A stretch of DNA of 57,538 nucleotides, filler included, from Dugesia japonica (lineage: Eukaryota): the NCBI GenBank assembly GCA_001938525.1. It is 5 parts of 5 records of this genome, joined end to end, with 100 filler letters (N's around TTAATTAATTAA, not from the genome) between each part and the next. Parts side by side here need not be neighbours in the genome. Positions count along the whole stretch, not along the records: positions 1 to 9,914 come from MQRL01321186.1; positions 10,015 to 20,286 come from MQRL01224157.1; 3 more parts are not named here. One strand, given 5' to 3'. The translations under genes were made by a program, and so were the position numbers. The notes under the pieces were generated by a model. That model was not told the origin of the DNA. It saw only the letters and a list, made by a program, of their open reading frames with translations, and made no database searches. Below, piece by piece: positions 1 to 10,569 of this stretch (position 1 is its first letter; every line of letters begins with the position of its first letter).

Positions 1-1975
1 TTTTTTTATGAAATCTCCTTAATTATTATAGAATAATGCCTGATTATTGTGATATCTGAGCTTATTTCAATATATTTGAATTCTTCAATATATTTTATTA
101 AAAGTATTCTTTATTGCATATATTCTTTATTCTGTTATTTTGTTTCTAAGAAAGGACCCTTTGAAAAATTATTTAGTTAGAATTGTTTGTTATTTGACCG
201 ACAAACATGTATTGGCTGAAGACACACCGGTTGCGGAGCACTGGTCTAGTAATTTAAGTAATATTATAATCATGATTTAATAAATTTGATTAATTTAATA
301 TCATGATTAAATATCATGATTTGATTAATTTAATAATCGATAAATAAACAGCTAAACAAATAACTTCATGTAAATTTTAAAAATTTAAATTATGATATAA
401 TATAATATATGATAATATATAATACTATATATAATATATTATATATGATTTTCATTTGAATCAAAAACAATGTTATAAAATTTGATTATATGATTGCTGG
501 GATGGAACAGAAATTAATTTAAACAAAAGGATTTATTATTATTATGATTAATAAAAGAAATGGAAAATATGTGAAAGTGAACAATACCGAAATAGAATCG
601 AATTAATATTAATCAAATAAAGTTAGATGAATTGTAGTAATTAATAAAGGAAAAAGAAATGATTATTAATGAAAGAAGTTAAATCAATAATAATAGAATT
701 GAAAAAAATAATTTAATTAAATATGTCAATTAAATAAAATTCTTGTTTTTTTCAATTCTATTTTGATCGATTTAACTGGTTTATTTAAATGAAAAACTGA
801 ACCAGTCATTTATAATATGGAATTATTATTTATAGATACCGCTATTTATAATTATATGATTTTTATTAAAAGTAATATAATATTTGTAAAATAGAAATCC
901 AGAGGAGTTCAAAAGGAAATAGGTAGCGATGTCTTTTGGCTTTCTTACTGTAACTGGAAGGCCGTAGGCTGAAGAAACGTTGTTGTGTTATTAAAATTTG
1001 CTAATATTAGATACGTTAATTGCAAAAGAAGTTTAAAATTGATAGTTATAAATGCCCATGGTGACATTAGAATGCTAATAATTACTATATCAAGTGGGCC
1101 GAGGTACAGGGTATGTTAAAAGATCAAGAGGCGTCGTTCGAAAAGCAGCGCGTTGAATTGCAGTCAGAGACAGAGTCGAATAGTTGAATATGATGGCAAA
1201 AGAGAGGTTGTTATAATTTATGAAGTCGCAGTGATATCGAGCATACAAGGTATGCGAAGCCTTCATTTAAAGTATAGCAAAATGACTTCCATTAGACAAT
1301 TGGAGGCCTCCAATTTGCAAAAGTGAAAGAGCGATTAAGAAGATGAGTAGACGGATATGTGCGCACTGATAAACTGCCATACTGCCGTAGTAACATTTGC
1401 CACGTTTTTGCGGCTTCAATTTGATTGACCGTTTACATTTTCCTGCGATTTGATTGATCGAAAAATGTTTTTTGTTATTAAATAATTGGGGCAGTCATTT
1501 TAGTTGATTGGTCGAAATTCTGTTTCGATGAAGTCATGATTACGTAATGGAGACGCTATGGTTGCGTCAGGACTACGTAATTATTATTATTATTTTCTTT
1601 TTTTGTTGTATTTGATTGATTTTATTTTGTTTAAATGAAGTTAAATTATTAATATTTTTTTGTTTAAATTAAATCAAATTAATGACTTTATTTTTTTATT
1701 TAAGTGAAATTAATGATCTCTTGAATAAAGTAAATGAATGATATTGTAAGTAAATTTCCTCTCTGGTAATATTAATATTAACATTAATTTCCCCAGGGCA
1801 ATATTAATTAATAATGTTCTTCTGGCAATATCAACATTAATATATAAATTTAAAATAAAATTGATTTAATAAATCGTTTGTTTTACTGCTTCAATTCGAA
1901 ACACATATGTAGTTTTATTACACACATTCTACTATATAAAGCAAATCTTTTATTAATATTTTCATTATTTTAAAA

Positions 1976-2386
1976 ATGAAATTCATTACGCTTACAAAAG
2001 ATAATTCGTCATTTGTAGATCAAATGTGATAAGCCACAAAATTACTACAAATATGAAATTAACTTTTTCAAGAAGACTATGATTTATACTTTACAGGTGA
2101 TATTATTTTCGATTACTTTATTTTGATTTAGAAACTTGTTAAAGTTCAGAAATGTACATATAGTAAGCTCATTACAGAAATAAGCTTAGATGATCAATCA
2201 AAGCTGAATGACTTGTTTTCGAGAATCAACAAATTATTAGAAATAATAGATACATCATTCATCAGCTTGAAGGAAGAGATCTTCTATGAAAATTTGAGTA
2301 AATCAATGATTACAGCAGAAATACTAGGATATAAAAGATTGAAAAACAATGTAGCACATGGAAAGTTAAAAGTATTAAAAAGATAA
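1976..2386 (+). pseudogene. Degenerate hypothetical ORF in the Polinton accessory region
   Basis: ATG at 1976. Long open stretches (...YSKLITEISLDDQSKLNDLFSRINKLLEIIDTSF...LKVLKR*) are broken by frameshifts and stops. No domain recognised. Confidence 0.35.
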
Positions 2387-2548
2387 AATAGATTTGTTAT
2401 GTTAATAACATATTTTAATTTGAACTTGTCATTTAGTTATTACTGATGTGTTTTATTAATATTGTCCTAATTTTTTTAATAAAACAATTAATAGTACAAA
2501 CACAATGAAAACAAGATTCATTAACCAAGATTTATTTAATAAATTGTT

Positions 2549-2813
2549 TTACAATCTTTTGATACGATACCAATATATTTCAGGAGCCCAATATACTAAA
2601 TCGCCTCTTAAATTATAAAATTGTTCTTCCAAAATATCTTTAGCAATTTCTAGAAACAAATTAGTTAATTAATTAAAGTTAATAAATAAACTAACCTTTT
2701 ACTCTATCTTTAGGTATCGTATATATACCACATTCATCATGTTCTGAAAATCCATGATCATCACTAAAATCTGTATCCATATCTTGGTATTTAATAGTGT
2801 AACTCATATTCAT
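2549..2813 (-). CDS. Small two-exon hypothetical gene (46-bp intron 2650-2695)
   Basis: Splicing GTTAGT...TTTCTAG in phase 1 gives MNMSYTIKYQDMDTDFSDDHGFSEHDECGIYTIPKDRVKEIAKDILEEQFYNLRGDLVYWAPEIYWYRIKRL*. Confidence 0.5.
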
Positions 2814-2967
2814 CAATTTGATTTATGATCATTTTGTTTATGCATTTCTATAATTTAAATTTGTATGAGTCATCTTCTTTGTTCACGTGTTGCACGGTGC
2901 ATGCTTCATGCATGTATTAATCATGTCTTCTGCATTGATTTAATTTTTCATAATTAAATTATTTAAA

Positions 2968-3380
2968 TCAGATATCACAACATTGAGGTTGATAATCTAA
3001 TGTTTTGATATCCACAAAGACTTCTTTTCCAGATGAAAACACATTTACACAGACTGGATTGAATTTTGTAAGTCGTAACCCAGGAAATAATTCAAGTTCA
3101 TACATGCATTTAGTTTTTCTTGCTAAATCATATAAATTGATTGAGTATCCACAATTGATAACAATTGTAAGTGACTGTAGTTGAATATCTTTGATATCAT
3201 ATTGTAAATGTTTTCATTCCAAGAGTTTCTTACATCCCATGATTCTACATCTTCCGGATTTGAAGAATACTAACGTATATTTTCCAGTTTTGTCGACAAC
3301 TTGTGGTGGCCTACCAACTGAAAAATATTTCTTGTAACCTCTTGTGAAACTTTGCCTCTGCAATTAATATTTGCAATCAT
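2968..3380 (-). pseudogene. TATA-binding protein (TBP)-like gene with one frameshift and one internal stop
   Basis: Manual translation: MIANINCRGKV.../...YTLVFFKSGRCRIMGCKK...*...IQLQSLTIVINCGYSINLYDLARKTKCMYELELFPGLRLTKFNPVCVNVFSSGKEV. This matches both TBP repeat motifs (LIFSSGKMVCTGAK; YEPELFPGL...LIFVSGKV). Confidence 0.8.
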
Positions 3381-3478
3381 AATTATGTCAATAAATTTTT
3401 AAAAATTGAATATATTGTTTTCAATAAACAATAATATACATAAACAATAATTTAATTAATACATTAAAACAAAAAATA

Positions 3479-4098
3479 ATGAAATTAAAAAATGATGCTG
3501 TTTACCAAATTTTCGGTCCAAGTGAAAATGGAAAAACTATATTTGTGTGTAAATTATTGGAATCAAAATTATTAAAATCAAAATTCAACAAAATATATAT
3601 TGGCATGGAAGAGCTGATGAGGAACATGCATTAACTCAATCCAAATTCTGTGATATAAAAATGAAAATTACAAATGGTTTTGATGAGAATTAGAACAAGA
3701 GATTAACTAAAGGTGATGTGAGTGTTGTTGATGATTTATACCAAAAAGCAAACAAGGAAAAGAACTTTGAAAATGTATTCAACAAGATATCAAGATATTG
3801 TAATGTGACTGTAATATTTATTACTCAGAATCTATTCCATCAAGGAAGTGAACATAGAACTCGTAATTTAAATGTACAATACTTGGTTATATTTAAAAAT
3901 CCAAGAGATCAAACAGTTGTTGATTTTCTTGCAAGACAAGCATATCCAAACAATAGGCAATTTTTTTTGGATTCATTTAAAGATGCAACAGTAAATCCGC
4001 ATGGATATATTTTTATAGACTTTACACAACAATATCCAGATGAACTTAGAGTATGAACTGATACTTTCAATCCAAATGGTGTTACCGGATATAAATAA
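3479..4098 (+). pseudogene. Polinton/Maverick A32-like (FtsK-HerA family) DNA packaging ATPase, disrupted
   Basis: Walker A IFGPSENGKT near the start, Walker B SVVDDL, then SRYCNVTVIFITQNLFHQG...RT...N.QYLVIFKNPRD. Frameshift near 3600 and in-frame stops. Confidence 0.9.
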
Positions 4099-4428
4099 TA
4101 AACGTAATTTCTTATTTCATTAACAAATATCGAAATTTACTAAAGTTATAGTTGATCAACTGAAGAATAAAATGATTAAACGAGATAAAAATCCAAAGTA
4201 TATTAAAACAATAAAGAAGACAACAAAGAAGACGCCAAAGATTGTTATTAAAAAAGAAGAAACAATCAAAGAGACAGCTGAACAAGTTCAAAGAACTAGC
4301 AATAAGCTTTAGAAAAAAACTATCAGATGTAAATGGAAAATGGATCAAGTTATAAACAAATACCATACTGTGATATTTAATAAAATTATGAAATTTCAAC
4401 AAAGTCTTCCGTATGTTAATATATTTTA

Positions 4429-4713
4429 ATGATTCTAAATTTCCGATTGTTTATATTCAAAAGAGTCTAGAAAAATATATTACAATCATTTCCATCATTT
4501 GTTGTTTACGATTTACTAGAGATTATTGTAAGCATAGTTCGTGGTAATGTGTTTATATGCAAAGTTAGAAAACAAGTATTGGTAAAACATAAAAGGTCAC
4601 TGCTTACACTTGTACATACCAGGAATAAGAAATTAATGAAGAAAATATTATACAAACAACAAGGCGGCTATATTGCTGCATTACTACATATTGCATTGGC
4701 TGCATTAATCTGA
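4429..4713 (+). pseudogene. Polinton small conserved protein (PW-like) with QxGG and a hydrophobic tail
   Basis: ...LLEIIVSIVRGNV...KHKRSLLTL...KKILYKQQGGYIAALLHIALAALI* resembles the Maverick small ORF ending QxGG(F/Y)LxxLL. Confidence 0.6.
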
Positions 4714-4734
4714 GATTTGCATCAAATTGTTGTA

Positions 4735-4995
4735 ATGGACAAAACCAAGATAATATGGACAGATTCAAAAGATCCAGCAGGATTCAAAGGAGTGGAAAAA
4801 CTATGGAAAGCAAAACAAAAGTGGCTATTGGGTCAACTAGCGTAAAGTCTAAACAAACCAATGTTGAAAAGATTTCCAACAAGAGCGCATAAATAATTTG
4901 GTATTGACGATTTATAGCAAATTGATTTGATGAAAATGACAACTTATTTTAATATTAATAAGAGTTAAAGTACATTTTAACATGTATCAACGTTC
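4735..4995 (+). pseudogene. Polinton retroviral-type integrase, N-terminal remnant
   Basis: DSKDPAGFKGVEKLW...WLLGQLA*SLNKPMLKRFPTR...GIDDL*QIDLMKM...KYILTCINV is the typical Polinton integrase N-terminus. It is truncated before the rest of the DDE core. Confidence 0.8.
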
Positions 4996-5082
4996 CAGCT
5001 ATTAAAAAGAAGATAACTCGTCAATTTTGCTAAAGACTCAAAAACTCATTTAACACTACATTTTCGAAAAACAAATATCTAA
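4996..5082 (+). pseudogene. Extreme C-terminus of the minor capsid (penton/PZ-like) protein
   Basis: KTHLTLHFRKTNI* resembles the conserved ...TLHFR end of Maverick pentons and sits just upstream of the PM-like ORF. Confidence 0.45.
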
Positions 5083-5084
5083 TC

Positions 5085-5338
5085 CGGATATCATCTCATT
5101 GTATAGTACTAGTCAATCAAGCGGAGAATTACCATATTTTGTAGGAAAACAGTATGACTCCGGATGGTTGCTAACAATTGGTCGATTTTCGTTGCTTATT
5201 CTTAGACGTATTGGAGCTATTAGTATGAAAACAGCTCAAGATGTGATATCAATTAAATCAAAACTTTTGCCTTCATTGAAAGCAAATGCAATTTCTGAAT
5301 TCAGATATTTTGTCGATTCTGCGAACTTTCAAAAGTGA
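5085..5338 (+). pseudogene. Polinton PM-like small protein (membrane-active pX type)
   Basis: QSSGELPYFVGKQYDSGWLLTIGRFSLLILRRIG...KTAQDVI resembles the Maverick QxGxGLPxFxG..QxGxG..RF.LP.L ORF found before the major capsid gene. Confidence 0.65.
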
Positions 5339-5444
5339 TACTAAAAAATGATACAAATCATGAAGACGCTGGAATAAAACGTTAGAAATCAACAATATCA
5401 GGTATAAACAAACGAATGAAAGGCTATTGAACTATATTTGAAAA

Positions 5445-6675
5445 ATAATTTGTGGAAAAACTGAACTATGGATTTTTGATCGTCTATTTCCACAAGGTGT
5501 TATTGAATATGGATTATTTGAAGATGTGTTTCCAATGAATTCAATTTCTGAAATGAGAAATGATGTAGAGTTTTTTATAAATGGGTTGCAAACTGATTAT
5601 CTAGATTTAAATGATACTTTATTGTATGTTCAAGTAAAGGTTATCAATAAATTTAGAAAAAACTTGGTTGAAAAGTCTGTTGTAGTACCGAGTCACTTTG
5701 TGTTTCATACTCTGTTTAATGATGTTATCCTTTCATTCAGCAATATCAAAATCGAAGGTGACAACGAAACTTATATTCAAAAGGCTGTGATTGACACTGT
5801 TTTGAATTATAATTGAGATAGTAAGAACATTTTTCTTGCAGCAATCGGTAATGGAGATAAGAACGATAGATAAAAATCGATTAAATTATTAAAGTCGTTG
5901 TCATTATGTGGTTCTTTGCAACTAGATTTCATGGATCAACCAAAATATCTTATTCCTGGTGTTAATGTTCACATTAGAATGAAAAGAGCAGTTAAATGAA
6001 TGAGCTAGGAAAATTTAACTGAGGAATCTAAATTTGTATTGCTTGATGCAAAATTAATAGTTAGAAAAGTTCGAGTTGAATCATCAGTACTAACCGGTCA
6101 TCAAATCGGATAAATGAATTAAAATGCAGTGTATCCAATAAGAACCAAGCAAATTGTAGTTTATACAATCGGCAAAGATAGTATAACGCTTTATAAGGAA
6201 CAAATCATCCGAGATCGCCGATTACTAAACTTGTTCTTGGTAACATTTCAAAGCATAGATCGATAAAAGCATAGAATGGACACTTTAAAAAAAAGTAAGC
6301 TCAAATTTTGATCATTTCAATGTCAAATCTTTAACTCTATCTAAAAACAGTGATTATCGAGAATTATATACTTAAGAATTTGAAAATGATAATTATAGCA
6401 CATCATACATGCAATCAATATTTTGAAATATGGGATATCTGAACAAGAATTTGAATTGCGGAATAACACTTGAGGAGTTTAAAAATGAATATCCACTCTT
6501 TACCTTTGTATTTGCTCCGGATTTTGATATTAATCAGAGTCAATTGGCACAACATGGAAATAATGGATTAGATTTCAAGTTTTGAAGTACACTGACTATG
6601 CCTACATATCTAATAATTTATGGAGTATTTGAAAATGAAATCCATATTACATCGGACAGAGCTATACTAATGTAA
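5445..6675 (+). pseudogene. Polinton major capsid protein (PY, double jelly-roll), disrupted
   Basis: CGKTELWIFD...VEFFING.QTDYLDLNDTLLYV...HTLFNDV...YIQKAVIDTVLNY...LQLDFMDQPKYLIPGVNVHIRMKR...IYGVFENEIHITSDRAILM*. Multiple stops and frameshifts. Confidence 0.88.
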
Positions 6676-6756
6676 ACAATCTCAATATCATGAAAATAGT
6701 TATCCATAATAAAGTAAGATTTGAATATTGCGTTGATATTAGTTTAATAGTTCAAT

Positions 6757-6900
6757 TCAGATAAATCAAATTGCTACAAAATGGTATGGATCAGAGTTTC
6801 TTGGTGTGTATCCATTGGAAAAGTTTCCATTTATTCCAGTTAATAAAGCCATAATCGTCAATTCAATATCAACAATGATTAAAAACCACTGGTGGTCAGA
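6757..6900 (+). pseudogene. Adenain-like cysteine protease, N-terminal fragment
   Basis: SEFLGVYPLEKFP...AIIVNS...NHW matches the FLGVFP..LP...IVNT....HW motif. It lies directly after the capsid gene. Confidence 0.65.
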
Positions 6901-7101
6901 ATTGCTTATTATGGTTGAAATTTCAACACTGTAATGTGTGATAGGATTAAATAAATGCATTTTGAAAATGTTTGTTATTTACTTTGTTATTTACTTGGTT
7001 GATTTATTGTTTTATATCGCCCTGAACAATATTAATATGTTTTAGGTAATATTGATGTACCTCGACTACATCAAAATTAAATATTTATGTGCCCTAGTAA
7101 T

Positions 7102-7263
7102 TTTATAATTACAATTATTGTGAGAATAATTGTTGGAATTAACCATTGATCGCATTTGAGATTTCATAAAAATAAGAAAGAGCTTCGATCAAAACAAAAT
7201 TTATTTGAACTTTTTTTCAAAAAAAAATTGTTTTGATCGAAGCTTTTTCTTATTTTAATGAAA
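7102..7263 (-). mobile_element. Short Penelope-like insert with an inverted tail and 12-bp TSD
   Basis: Flanked by a direct repeat of TGCCCTAGTAAT (7090-7101, 7264-7275). Internal inverted repeat AGCTTCGATCAAAAC...GTTTTGATCGAAGCT. Homologous to 18603-18833 and 51369-51480. Confidence 0.65.
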
Positions 7264-8169
7264 TGCCCTAGTAATATTAATATTTAATATTATTGCTTCA
7301 TATACATATTCATAACTCCGGAAAATATTAATATTAATGTGAATCTGAGAAATAAAGCTTTAAATATATAGGTTAAAAGTTTAACAGTGTAAAATTTACA
7401 AGTTTTAAAAAAACAGCTTAAAATTTAACAGTTTAAAATAATTCAGTTTTTAATTTTCAAGTTTAAATTTCATAAATTTTAAATTCTTTAATTTAAAATT
7501 TAATAGTCTATGCTTAATAGGCTTTTAAATTATAAACCTAAATTCAAAAGTTTAAATGAAAACCGCATAAAATTCTTAAGTTTTTAAATTTATAAACTTA
7601 TTAATTATTATGATTTTAAAATTAATTCTTGTTTAAACATTTTAATTTTCTATGTTAAATTAATTATCATTATAATTTTCTTTGTATTAATTAAAACTTA
7701 ACTTAACATTATCAAATTAAACGTATTGTTTTAATATTTATTGAATTAACTAAATGCATGATGAATATATTTATAAGTTGTTAGTAATTTATATATTTTA
7801 ATTAATTGCTATGACTTTATTTATATATTGATTTAATTAACAACTATGATTTATTTATTGATTGATTTTAATGCATACAACTTAACTTAATAATTTAATT
7901 TAATAACAAATACTTTATTTATTGATTTTAATAAATTATTATGATTTATTTATTCATTATAATTATTGCTTTTGACTTATTGATTGACTTATTAAAAACT
8001 ATGATTTATTTAATAATTTAGCTAATGACTTTAACATTTTAATTATTTTTTTCAATTGATCTTAACGTTTTAAAAGAAATTTTAATGACCTTGATCTTTT
8101 ATAAATAAAATTTTACAAATCTCTTTAAACAATAAAAGAATAGCTTTATTTATTTAAGAAACTTGCAAA

Positions 8170-9320
8170 ATGGATACAAACTATTGCGGAAGTTCAAATC
8201 ATAACAAAGACTGTCACGATATAATGGAAAATTACCATTGTCTTATTTATGTCGGGGGAAAATATTATGTTTATCCATCATCTACCACATTAGGGGTTGG
8301 TACATACACAGAGTTTTATAAGGCACATGTACATCACTTGTCTCAATTTTTTGAAAAGAAGTGGATAATACTGACGAAAATTCTCCAAGGACCTCTAGGT
8401 AAGAAGTTTAAAGCAGAACCAGAAATTATAGTCATTAAGGATGATATTATTATCAAGAACAAAACAGTCAATTCAGAGTTTATAGTTATTGAGGATGATA
8501 TTGAAGAAAAAATGAACTGGAATAATACAAAAATAATCGAAGAACTAAAGGAAGAGGACTTTATTGATGAAGGTGATGCAGAATAAGGGTTGCTAAAATA
8601 TTTGCGTGAAGAAGAAACACAAGTTGGTGGATCTATAGACGAATCTGTTATTGAAAGAGACTTGTAGAAATGTCACCAGATCTTAAAATTAGATGTTTCA
8701 AGATTTAACATGAAAGAGATAATTTTACCAAAAACTTTGGTGCAAAAACTGAATAAAATAATCGAAGAAATGAAGTATATAAAAATCCAGTTTGGAATTC
8801 ATGTATAATTTATAAGAGATCATGAAATAAAAAGTTGCCATTTATCTAATAGTGCTGTACTATCTAGTGATAAGTTTTTGGAAGATGGGATTAGGGTATT
8901 GAATGAGAAAATTGTTGTAAGAAGCCAGATAGGAAGTAGCTGGACACTTAGTAAGATATTAGAAATAAACTTAAATTGACTAAAATTAGTAAAATAAATA
9001 GATTGTCAGGCCGTAGTTATATTTCAACATCTGAAAATCTTAAAGCAAAGAAAGTAATTGTTAACGTCAAAAACGATGATGATAAATATTTCATATATAG
9101 TGTTCTGGCTATTCTAAAACGAGATTTAGTAGATACAAAGAGCGGGAATCGTACAACACAATATAATAGGTTTATGTCAGATCTTGTATTTAGTGCAAAT
9201 GATATGCCCATATAATTGATGAATATTCCAAAATTTGAAAAACAAAATCCGGATTAAGTATAAATGTACTATCATGGAATACTAACTCCAATGCAGTTGA
9301 TGAAGATGAAATCAGCATAT
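8170..9320 (+). pseudogene. polB: Polinton protein-primed PolB N-terminal region, decayed
   Basis: GSSWTLSKILEINL...LSGRSYI...KAKKVIVNVKNDDDKYFIYSVLA...MPI*LMNIPKFEKQNP..INV is the conserved pre-exonuclease region of Polinton pPolB. The upstream part (8170-8586) has no recognisable domain. Confidence 0.7.
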
Positions 9321-9912
9321 TTGACGAATGGCGGAGTCAAAGTCTAAGAGAAATGTTTAAACTCTAAGTCTTTCTCCATCGGCATGGTATATAAAATAGT
9401 TCCGGTTTGAATTTTCTCGCAAATTATTGGATGTTTTTAGCAAACTATTTCCTTTCTGAATCCTGAATTTAAACCGTTTTGGCATTTGGTTTTTGAGCCA
9501 AATTCTCTATTCTTTCTATTCATTACGGCCATGTAAATGGTACTTGTTGCCATCTTCTAGCAACATTAAACAATTTTTCTCATCATCAACAGCCTTAGAC
9601 CTGTGGATGGTATCTAAATTTGGATGTTTGAAAACTTCTTTATCACCATCTTCAGTATCATATGAATTCCATGAAAAGAATTTATTGAAAGTACCAGATT
9701 TTTTCATTCAAACTGATAATCAGGCATGTATTTTTGATTTATTGATTGCTCTTTTTTTATGTGGTTGAATTTGATCCTGATTAGTAAAAACCAAAATGCT
9801 GTAAATAAACCATTTCTTATCCGTGTTTTGAATGTTAACAATTGATCATTTCTTTTTCAGATTAGCCCCGGCAGTCTACTTATAATTTCCACCGTTTTTA
9901 TAGTTGAATATT
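9321..9912 (-). pseudogene. polB: Second, divergent pPolB N-terminal fragment on the opposite strand
   Basis: KKK*SIVNIQNTDKKWFIYSIL...LMLLEDGNKYH...MPMEKDLEFKHFS*TLTPPFV stops just before the expected ExoI motif. Confidence 0.65.
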
Positions 9913-9914
9913 TA

Positions 9915-10014
9915 NNNNNNNNNNNNNNNNNNNNNNNNNNNNNNNNNNNNNNNNNNNNTTAATTAATTAANNNNNNNNNNNNNNNNNNNNNNNNNNNNNN
10001 NNNNNNNNNNNNNN
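9915..10014. other. Artificial contig spacer (N-run, TTAATTAATTAA, N-run)
   Basis: Six-frame stop linker. The same design occurs four times in the window. Confidence 0.95.
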
Positions 10015-10569
10015 TTAATTCTTTAAATTATTTCAATAAACTTTGTCTCCTTGGCTACTTTAATTTATCTTTGACTTCCCTCTTAATATTGTTTACAATT
10101 CTCTTAAATTCTACTAAGTTCTCGAGTTCTTTGCTGTTACTTTCATCTATTTGCTTATATAGTCTCATTCTGGCGCCATGATTTTGACTTCGCTTAATTG
10201 TCAAGTTTTTGACAACTTTCAATTAATTCCGACCTCCCACATTTTTATCTTGTTCTAATTTCAGCTGTCACTTTCTAATTAAACTCTTAAATTTTTGTTA
10301 CTTCCCATCTATCTTTTTATTATATTCTTTTTTCTTTCATCTTTCCGCTTATTAATAATATAATATTTTAATTAATTAATTAATATTTTATTTATTTAGA
10401 TTTGCTCAACTCCAACGTTCAAGACATTACTCAAATATACACATGCATACACATACTTGAAATTACATTTATAATACATACTTACATTATTTAGCATAAA
10501 TTATTATCATTATTCTTTTATTTTACATATTTAAATTAATTTCATATTTTATTGGAATGTAAATTTACT

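Noticed and set aside
885-1410. Higher-GC coding-like block
   Set aside because: The frames I examined are interrupted and show no recognisable motif.
4112-4402. Minus-strand hydrophobic ORF and similar shadow ORFs (6766-6960, 9493-9768, 17825-18106, 27653-28111, 56995-57237)
   Set aside because: They are antisense shadows of recognisable genes or low-complexity AT-rich frames.
10020-10180. Minus-strand TGGCGCC followed by a short gag-like start
   Set aside because: Too short and cut by the contig end. Cannot be confirmed as PBS/gag.
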